64,000 nt of DNA from Verrucomicrobiia bacterium (GTDB lineage: Bacteria; Verrucomicrobiota; Verrucomicrobiia; Limisphaerales; UBA1319). How positions within the stretch are numbered: position 1 is the stretch's first letter; every line of letters starts with the position of its first letter. The notes beneath the pieces were generated by a model that worked only from the letters and a program-made list of their open reading frames with translations, was not told the origin of the DNA and did not search any database. The stretch covers positions 4,448,001 to 4,512,000 of the forward strand of contig OY760937.1 in NCBI GenBank assembly GCA_963664225.1. The letters run 5' to 3'. A program made the position numbers and the translations under genes. This document shows, piece after piece, positions 11,043-19,600 of the stretch.

Positions 11043-12464
11043 ATGATTTTCGATAACCGTAACGCAGGGATTCCGACCGCCCATCCCGTTTTTAACATGG
11101 GCTTTATTTGGGCCATTTCCCTAGCGGCGGCGCTGGGCGGACTGCTGTTTGGGTATGATTGGGTGGTGATCGGCGGGGCGAAGCCGTTTTTCGAGAGGTT
11201 CTTCGGTCTGACGGAGGCGTCGCAGAAGGGGTGGGCGAATAGTTGTGCGTTAGTGGGGTGTTTGCTGGGGGCGCTGATGGCGGGGGGATTGAGTGATCGG
11301 TACGGGCGGAAACGGCTGTTACTCTTTGCGGCGCTGTTGTTTGCGGGGACATCGATCGGCAACGGACTGGCCCAAAATTTCAATGTTTTCGTGTTTTGGC
11401 GAATTTTGGGCGGCGTGGCCATCGGTCTGGCCTCAAATCTGTCTCCGATGTATATCGCGGAGGTGGCTCCGGCGGGGATGCGGGGTCGGCTGGTGGCGGT
11501 GAACCAGCTCACGATTGTGATCGGGATTTTGCTGGCGCAGATCGTCAATTATTTCGTGGCGGAACGCCTGCCCGCAGGCGCCACGGAGGAGATGATCCGC
11601 AATTCCTGGAATTGCCGTGTGGGCTGGCGGTGGATGTTTGCGGCCACGGCGGTGCCGTCGCTGTTATTTTTGGTCAGTATGGCCTTCGCGCCGGAAAGCC
11701 CGCGCTGGCTGGTGCGCAAGGGGCGGGCGGAGCAGGCCCGGGGTATCCTGGCGCGGATTGGCGGGGCGGCTTATGCGGGGCAGGCGGTGCGGGAGATCGA
11801 GGCCACGCTGGCGCAGGAGTCGGGGCGCGTGAATTTCCGGGAGTTGCTGGACCCGAAGATGAAGAAGGTGCTGGTTCTGGGTGTGGCGCTGGCGGTGTTT
11901 CAGCAATGGTGCGGCATCAATGTGATTTTCAATTACGCGGAGGAGATCTTTGCAGCGGCCGGGTACAACATTTCGGACACGATGATGAACATCGCGTGGA
12001 CGGGTTCCGTGAACCTGGTGTTCACGTTTGTGGCGCTGGGGGTGGTGGACCGGGGTGGGCGACGGGTGCTGATGCTGTTCGGGAGCCTTGGGCTGGCGGT
12101 GATTTACTTCATCATGGGCTATTGCTACCAGTCCGGGGTGAAGGGGTTGCCCATGCTGCTGCTGGTGCTGGCTGCAATCGGCTGCTACGCGATGTCCCTG
12201 GCACCGGTGACCTGGGTGGTGATTTCGGAAATCTTCCCCAATCGCATTCGCGGGGCGGCAATGTCCGTGGCGGTCATGTCGCTCTGGATCGCATGTTTTG
12301 TTCTGACCTATACCTTTCCGCAGTTGAACCGGAGCGTGGGACCGGCGCTGACCTTCTGGATTTACGGGGCGATCTGCCTCTTCGGTTTTGTGTATATCAA
12401 GTATCGGCTGCCGGAGACCAAGGGCAAGACGCTTGAAGAGATCGAGAAGGACTTGGTGGACTGA
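11043..12464 (+). CDS. Sugar porter family MFS transporter (XylE-like)
   Basis: GGLLFGYD, DRYGRK, YIAEVAP, PESPRWL, QQWCGIN and PETKGKTLEEIE; alternative start at 11097. Confidence 0.93.
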   Translation: MIFDNRNAGIPTAHPVFNMGFIWAISLAAALGGLLFGYDWVVIGGAKPFFERFFGLTEASQKGWANSCALVGCLLGALMAGGLSDRYGRKRLLLFAALLFAGTSIGNGLAQNFNVFVFWRILGGVAIGLASNLSPMYIAEVAPAGMRGRLVAVNQLTIVIGILLAQIVNYFVAERLPAGATEEMIRNSWNCRVGWRWMFAATAVPSLLFLVSMAFAPESPRWLVRKGRAEQARGILARIGGAAYAGQAVREIEATLAQESGRVNFRELLDPKMKKVLVLGVALAVFQQWCGINVIFNYAEEIFAAAGYNISDTMMNIAWTGSVNLVFTFVALGVVDRGGRRVLMLFGSLGLAVIYFIMGYCYQSGVKGLPMLLLVLAAIGCYAMSLAPVTWVVISEIFPNRIRGAAMSVAVMSLWIACFVLTYTFPQLNRSVGPALTFWIYGAICLFGFVYIKYRLPETKGKTLEEIEKDLVD

Positions 12465-12479
12465 GGGCAGGGGGCAAAC

Positions 12480-12730
12480 CAGAGGTCAGAAGTCAGAGGT
12501 CAGAAGTCAGAGGTCAGAGGTCAGAGGTCAGAGGTCAGCTAAAAAACGTCCGTAGTCCCTGGTCCGTAGTCCTTGGTCGGGAAAAAGGCAAAGCGGGCGG
12601 AGGGCTGAGAGCTGAGAGCAAAGGGCGGAGGGCAAAAGACAGAGATCAGATGTCAAAGGTCAGAGGTCAGCTAAAAAACGTCCTTGGTCGGGTAAAGGCA
12701 AAGAGGGCGGAGGGCGGAGGGCGGAAAAAA
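12480..12730. repeat. Heptamer tandem repeat tract (AGAGGTC, AGAGCTG and GGAGGGC units)
   Basis: About 8 tandem CAGAGGT/CAGAAGT units, then a duplicated block CAGAGGTCAGCTAAAAAACGTCC...TTGGTCGGG.AAAGGCAAAG. Confidence 0.85.
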
Positions 12731-12805
12731 AGCGCGGTGTAGATCGGCGCAGTGACAGGACTGCGTAACGATTGCGGGGAGGTGGATGAACAACCAAAAC
12801 AGACC

Positions 12806-15800
12806 ATGATGAAAATGCGAATCAAACACTGGATGCTCGTCGCCGGGCTTTTGCTGGGCGTTTTAACGCAGGCACACAGCATGGAAAATTCACTGCCACT
12901 ATCGGGAACGTGGCGGTTCGAGATCGACCGGAAGGACGCCGGTGTGCAGGAGGAGTGGTTCCAGAGCAATCTGACGCAGCGGATTCGGCTGCCGGGCTCC
13001 ATGCCGGAGCAGAACTTCGGGGATGACATCAGGCTGGAGACGCCGTGGACCGGGCAGATTGTCGATCGCTCTTTTTTTACTTTGCCTGAATACGCGCCGT
13101 ATCGGCAGCCCGGCAAAATCAAAGTGCCGTTCTGGCTCCAGCCGGAGAAGTATTACGTGGGCGCGGCCTGGTATCAGCGCGACGTGGAGGTGCCGTCCAA
13201 GTGGCTCGGGAAGCGCGTGGTGCTTTCGCTGGAGCGTCCGCACTGGGAGACACGCGTCTGGCTGGATGACCGGGAGATTGGCGCCAACAACAGCCTCTCC
13301 ACCGCGCATGAATACGATCTGGGCACCAATGTGGCGCCGGGACGGCATCGGCTGAGCATCCGCGTGGATAACCGGATGGTGGTGGATGTGGGAATCAATT
13401 CCCACAGCGTGACGGACCACACGCAGGGCAATTGGAACGGGATCGTGGGGCGGTTGTTTCTGAATGCAACGGATCCCGTTTGGATTGACGATTTGCAGGC
13501 CTATCCACATGTGGAGGCGCACTCGGTGACTCTCAAGGGACGGATTGGCAACGCGACGAAGCAAGCGGGCAAGAGTCTGATGGAGGTTAAAGCGCGGCTG
13601 TTTAACAATAGTATAAAGACGCAACTACCTCCAAAAACCGTGGAGGTTACCTGGGACGCGGCGGGGGGTGCTTTCGAGGCCGAATATGACCTCGGGGAGA
13701 AGGCGGTGTGCTGGGACGAATTCCAGCCGGCGCTTTACCAGTTGACGGCGACATTGGCGGAATCCCAGGCCACGCGGTCAGTGGTGTTCGGGCTGCGAGA
13801 GATTGGGACACAGGGGACGCAGTTTGTGCTCAACGGGCATCCTATCTTCATCAGGGGAACGTTGGAGTGCTGCATTTTTCCAAAAACCGGGCATCCGCCC
13901 ACGGAGGTCGAGGCATGGAAACGCATTGTGCGCATCGCGAAGGCGCATGGGTTGAACAGCATCCGGTTTCATTCCTGGTGCCCACCGGAGGCGGCGTTTG
14001 AGGCGGCGGACGAACTGGGCTTTTATTACCAGGTGGAATGCGCGTCGTGGGCGAACACCACCACAAGCCTGGGCGAAGGCAAGCCGATCGATGCCTGGCT
14101 CTATGCGGAGACGGATCGGATACTCAAGGCGTATGGGAGCCATCCCTCGTTTCTGCTGATGCCCTATGGCAATGAACCGGCGGGAAAAGACAAGGAATAC
14201 CTTGGCGCCTGGGTGAACCACTATAAACAAATGGATTCGCGGCGTCTGTTTACGAGCGCCTCGGGGTGGCCGCAAATCCCGGAAAACCAGTTTCATGTCA
14301 CGCCGGACCCGCGCATTCAGTCGTGGGGCGGGGGATTGAACTCGCGGATCAACGCCCGGACGCCGGAAACCCGCACGGACTACCGGGAGTATATCAGCCA
14401 GCGCACCGTGCCCGTGATCAGTCACGAGATCGGCCAATGGTGTGTGTATCCGAACTTCGAGGAGATTCCGAAGTATTCAGGTTACTTGAAGGCGAAGAAT
14501 TTTGAGATCTTCCGGGACTCGCTCAAGGCGCATAAAATGGGCGATCAGGCCCATGCGTTTCTACTGGCCTCGGGCAAGTTGCAGACCCTGTGCTACAAGG
14601 AGGAGATCGAATCGGCGTTGCGCACCCCCGGCATGGGCGGTTTTCAACTGCTCGACCTGCATGATTTCCCGGGGCAGGGGACGGCGCTGGTGGGGGTGCT
14701 GGATCCGTTCTGGGATTACAAGGGGTATGTGACCGCGGCGGAATACAGCCGCTTCTGCAACAGCACCGTGCCGTTGGCGCGATTGGACAAGCGGGTCTTT
14801 ACTTCCGAAGAAACCTTGAAGGCGGACCTCGAGGTCGCCCATTTCGGGGCGCGTCCGAAGACCAATGCCACCGTGTATTGGAAACTTCTTGGTGACAACA
14901 GGCATGTCTATTTCAGTGGAAAGCTTTCCCCACAAACCATTCCGATCGGCAACGGACTGACCTTGGGGAATGTGGTTATCGACTTGAAAACCCTGCCCGC
15001 ACCGGCCCGATACAAACTGGTGGCTGGCGTGGAAGGGACGCGCTTTGAGAATGACTGGGACGTGTGGGTCTATCCGGCCACTATCGACGCACAACCGGCC
15101 CGGGATGTCCTTGTCACGGACACATTGAACGAAGAGGCGCTGGCGCAATTGAAGAGCGGAGGGAAGGTTTTGTTGACGGTCGGCGAAGGGCGTTTGCGCA
15201 ATGACGGCAAGGCCCGGGTGGCGCTCGGGTTTTCGAGCATCTTCTGGAACACGGCCTGGACCGCCCGTCAGGCCCCCACGACGCTGGGGATTCTGTGCGA
15301 TCCCAGGCATCCGGCGCTGGCTCAGTTTCCGACCGACAGCCACAGCAACTGGCAATGGTGGTATTTGATCCACCAGGCGCAACCGATCCTCATGGATGAG
15401 ATGCCTGCGAGCCTGAGGCCGGTGGTGCAGGTCGTTGACGACTGGGTGACCAACCATCGGCTGGGACTGGTTATCGAGGCCAAAGTCGAACACGGCAGCC
15501 TGGTGATGTGCGGCATTGATTTGAAGAAAAATGCGGACACTAATCCCGTGGCGCGTCAGATGTTGCACAGCCTGCTGGCCTACATGGGCGGCAGCCAATT
15601 CAAACCCCTGCACTCCCTGAGCGTGGAGCAGGTGCAGGGACTTTTCGCGGCGCCGTCGGCCATGCAAAAGCTAGGCGCGCACGTTCTCCGGGCCAGCAGC
15701 TTTGAAACGGGCTATGAGGCGACAAAGACCATCGATGGTGACCCTGCCACGTTCTGGCACACACGCTGGACCGGCCAGAAGTCGGGCTATCCGCACGAAT

Positions 15801-16081
15801 TGGTGCTCGAACTGGATCATCCCAGCCCATTAAAAGGGTTCACGCTGCTGCCGCGCCAGGATGGCAATCCAAACGGCGAGATCGAGAATTGCGCCTTGTA
15901 TGTGACTGACGATCCCGATCGTTGGGGGAACGCCGTGTTCCAAGGCACCTTATCCAAGGACGATTCCCTGAAGGAACTGCGCTTTAACCGCGTGGTCAAA
16001 GGCCGCTACGTCCGCCTGGAAATCTTCTCAAGCCATCAGGGCTTCGCCTCGCTGGCGGAATTGAACCTGGTGGAGGAATAG
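12806..16081 (+). CDS. Glycoside hydrolase family 2 with C-terminal F5/8 type C (discoidin/CBM32) domain
   Basis: Signal peptide; LSGTWRF, GAAWYQRD, FGLREI, GLNSIRFHSWCPP, GNE and SHEIGQW; C-terminal IDGDPATFWHT...LPRQD...AELNL. Confidence 0.9.
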   Translation: MMKMRIKHWMLVAGLLLGVLTQAHSMENSLPLSGTWRFEIDRKDAGVQEEWFQSNLTQRIRLPGSMPEQNFGDDIRLETPWTGQIVDRSFFTLPEYAPYRQPGKIKVPFWLQPEKYYVGAAWYQRDVEVPSKWLGKRVVLSLERPHWETRVWLDDREIGANNSLSTAHEYDLGTNVAPGRHRLSIRVDNRMVVDVGINSHSVTDHTQGNWNGIVGRLFLNATDPVWIDDLQAYPHVEAHSVTLKGRIGNATKQAGKSLMEVKARLFNNSIKTQLPPKTVEVTWDAAGGAFEAEYDLGEKAVCWDEFQPALYQLTATLAESQATRSVVFGLREIGTQGTQFVLNGHPIFIRGTLECCIFPKTGHPPTEVEAWKRIVRIAKAHGLNSIRFHSWCPPEAAFEAADELGFYYQVECASWANTTTSLGEGKPIDAWLYAETDRILKAYGSHPSFLLMPYGNEPAGKDKEYLGAWVNHYKQMDSRRLFTSASGWPQIPENQFHVTPDPRIQSWGGGLNSRINARTPETRTDYREYISQRTVPVISHEIGQWCVYPNFEEIPKYSGYLKAKNFEIFRDSLKAHKMGDQAHAFLLASGKLQTLCYKEEIESALRTPGMGGFQLLDLHDFPGQGTALVGVLDPFWDYKGYVTAAEYSRFCNSTVPLARLDKRVFTSEETLKADLEVAHFGARPKTNATVYWKLLGDNRHVYFSGKLSPQTIPIGNGLTLGNVVIDLKTLPAPARYKLVAGVEGTRFENDWDVWVYPATIDAQPARDVLVTDTLNEEALAQLKSGGKVLLTVGEGRLRNDGKARVALGFSSIFWNTAWTARQAPTTLGILCDPRHPALAQFPTDSHSNWQWWYLIHQAQPILMDEMPASLRPVVQVVDDWVTNHRLGLVIEAKVEHGSLVMCGIDLKKNADTNPVARQMLHSLLAYMGGSQFKPLHSLSVEQVQGLFAAPSAMQKLGAHVLRASSFETGYEATKTIDGDPATFWHTRWTGQKSGYPHELVLELDHPSPLKGFTLLPRQDGNPNGEIENCALYVTDDPDRWGNAVFQGTLSKDDSLKELRFNRVVKGRYVRLEIFSSHQGFASLAELNLVEE

Positions 16082-16277
16082 GGGAAGCAGGCTGCAGGGA
16101 AAGGAAGGATTTAACCGCAAAGAGCGCATAGAACACAAAAATACTTGTGTAAACAGTAAAGAATGCAAACCGGTTAATCATCGAATTAAGAAAGTCCCTG
16201 GTCTTTGGTCGAGTGACAAAGGCCGGAGGACAGAGGGCGGGGGGCGGTCCCTGGTCAAAAAAAGAGGGCTGCGGGTC

Positions 16278-16381
16278 GAGGGGCGATTGTTGAGAATTGA
16301 GCCTGCCAAGCGGAGGAAATTCACGTGGATGGGCAGGATTGACAGGATGTGAATGGATCCTGTGAATGTGTTTCTCAATGT
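16278..16381. repeat. Dispersed ~104-bp intergenic element, copy 1
   Basis: Collinear similarity to 43790-43894. Confidence 0.7.
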
Positions 16382-16690
16382 CAGGGGTTCGCCGAATCTG
16401 TGGACGCCGCCCGATAAAAATGAAAAAGCGGTGCTTCTTCACGGATCACCCAAACTGAACCTGTCCTGATAAGCCAACAGCAAAACATTCCTGGTTTGAA
16501 AACTACACGACAGGGAAACAGAATATGGTTGCCTTGTGACACTGGATGTGTTCTTTTCAAACAAACGACACGTGTAACAAAAGGTGTCGTTCCTATTCTT
16601 GCCGCTTGGAATACAGTCAATTGGGTTGTTCAGAACGTGAGGTGGGATTCACGGTAACTGCTTTGGAAAAAATATACTTTGGGAGTCTCC

Positions 16691-19600
16691 ATGAATAATA
16701 TGATGCGCCAATCTTCCCGGTTATTGTCGTCCACTCTTTTCGCCATGCTCACCCTGCTTCTGTGCCATGGGACCATGAACGCATCGGTACTCGGACTGAC
16801 CGACACCTCAACTAATCCCCCACCATCTGCCGTTCAGGCGCCAGAAGGCATGGTCGCGTGGTGGAAAGGGGAGAGTAATGTCGTGGATGTCATCGGCGGT
16901 CCCAGCGGATTTGTGACAAACGGCGCGGGATACGGGCCGGGAAAGGTGGGGACTGGCATAAGCTTCGACGGTGTGTATGGTCGTGTGTGTATTCCTGATT
17001 CTCCCGCCCTGCACTTTGGCTCCAATCAGAACTTTTCGGTGGAGGCCTGGATTCAAGCCCAATCTAATCCTGGAAATGACAATGGGATAACCGTCATCGT
17101 GGACAAGTCTGAGTCGCTCGGGCCCAACTGGATATTGGGATGGCAGCTTTATCTGGAAAACGGAAAGCTCGGTTTCAAAGTCATGCACGGGCCCACGGCG
17201 GAGCACCGTTATTGGACAACGTCAGCTCCCAATCTTTGCGATGGAGGGTTTCATCACGTCGCTGCCACATTGGATCGAAATTCGACCAACGGCGGCAAGC
17301 TCTATGTGGATGGGGCGCCGATCATGACCTTTGATCCGACTTTGGAACCAGGCAATCTTTCATCAACGGCCATACTGTTGTTTGGAAACGGCAGCGATCC
17401 AGAGATTCATGATTATTTTAAGGGCATCATTGACGAGGTTTCACTGTATAACCGGCCATTGACGGATGCAGAGATTCTGTCTGTTTACAGTGCCGGAGGC
17501 AGTGGCAAGTATCTCGCTCCGGTCGCACCTTTCATTTCGATGCAGCCTGCGGATCAGTCGGTGAAGGTGGGAGATGATGCCGTCTTCAGTGTTGCAGCCA
17601 GCGGCGGCATACCACTGACCTATCAGTGGAATATCAATGGAACCAACATTGCTGGAGCGACCAATAGTTCACTGGTTTTGCCCAATGTCCAACTCGCAGA
17701 CGCAGGGGTTTATACCGTTGTCATCAGTAATGACATCGGTTCGATCACCAGTTCCAATGCGGTGTTGACGGTCAGCACTCCGACACCAACAGCCGTTCAG
17801 CCGCCAGCGGGCATGGTTGCGTGGTGGAAGGGGGAGAACTATGTGGTGGACGCTTTCGGCCTGGCGACAGGGGGAGTGACAGAAGGGGCAGGTTTCACGA
17901 CCGGCAAGGTGGGGACCGGCTTCAGCCTCGATGGATTGACTGGCCAGGTGGTGATTCACAATGCTCCAACCTTGAATTTTGGTTCCAATCAGAACTTTTC
18001 GGTGGAGGCCTGGATTCAAGCCCAACCCAACCCAGCAAATGTGAGCGGGATTGCCGTCATTGCGGATAAGACGGCCACTTACATTCCTGCCAGTACCGTT
18101 GGATGGCAATTTTATCTGGATAACGGCCGACTGGGTTTTAAGTTGATGCAAGGACCCATGCCCCAGGAGAAACATTGGACCGCTTCAGGCCCTGATCTTC
18201 GGGATGGACAGTTTCACCATGTGGCCGCTGTGTTGGATCGAAAACTGGCAAACAGTGGCAAACTGTATGTCGATGGCAGCCCGTTATTGACCTTTGACGC
18301 GACTCAACTACCGGGCGATCTCTCCACGGAGGGATTGTTTTTGATCGGAAGCGGAAACATTCCTGGCGTTGGTGAGTATTTCAAAGGCGTTATTGACGAG
18401 GTTTCACTATATAACCGGGCTTTGACGGATGCAGACATTCTGTCTGTATATGGGGCCGGGAGTAATGGCAAAATATCAACTCCAATCCCTCCATTTATTT
18501 TGACACAACCTGTGGACCAGTCAGGGACCGTGGGGGGAGGTGCCTCCTTCCATGTCATGGCTGGCGGGGAATATCCATTAAGATTTCAGTGGAGTATTAA
18601 TGGTACCAATATCCCCGGTGCGAATGGCAGCCAACTTGTGTTAACCAACGTTCAACTCACCGACGCAGGCAGCTATGCCGTGGTCGTCACCAATGGCGTT
18701 GGTTCTGTTACCAGTTCCAATGCGGTGCTTTCATTCACTTTACCCTATCAAGTTCCGCCAGGCCTGATCGGTTGGTGGCGGGGCGAGAGTAATGTGTTGG
18801 ACGTTGTCACCCATACGAGCGGTTCTGCGGCCAATGGATTGGGCTATGGGCCTGCGGTGGTGGGGAGCGGTTTCAATCTCGACGGCATCAACGATCAGGT
18901 GATCGTTTCCAATGCTCCGGCGTTGAACTTCAGCCACAACCAGAACTTTTCCGTCGAGACCTGGATTCAAGCCCTGCCCACTCCTGGAAACCATTCCGGG
19001 GTTGCTGAAATCGTGTCCAAGGCTTTCACGCCCGACGGCAGTCAATCTGTGGGATGGTCGTTCATCATAAACCAAGGCAACCTTGGCTTGCTGATGTCCC
19101 AGACGCCCATGTTGCCTTACAATTCCTCCATATGGACCGCGCCCGGTCCCTATTTGCAGGATGGCTCGTTCCATCATGTGGGCGTCACCGTGGATCGCAC
19201 ATCCAGCACGGGCGGCAGATTATATGTGGATGGAGTGCGTGTTCTGACCTTTGATCCGACTCAGGAAGCTGGCGATCTTTCCACGTCCGGTCCCCTGTAT
19301 ATTGGATGCCATGACAATCCGGCGATGAATTGCAACTTCAAAGGTATTATTGACGAGCTCTCTATATACAGCCGGGCACTGACTGCCGAGGAAATCAACT
19401 CCATAGTTCTGGATGGCAACCATGGCAAGTTGGTGCCACCTTTTGCTCCCGTCATCACAGCACAACCTGCAAATCGAAATGCCGCGCAGGGAGTCAACGT
19501 GAGCATCGGTCTCGAAGTCGATGGAACCCCGCCGTTGACCTATCAGTGGACTTTTAACGGAACCAACATCGCGGGTGCGACGAATAATCCCATGGTGTTG

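Noticed and set aside
12480..12730. Possible CRISPR array
   Set aside because: 7-bp units with no unique spacers and no cas genes
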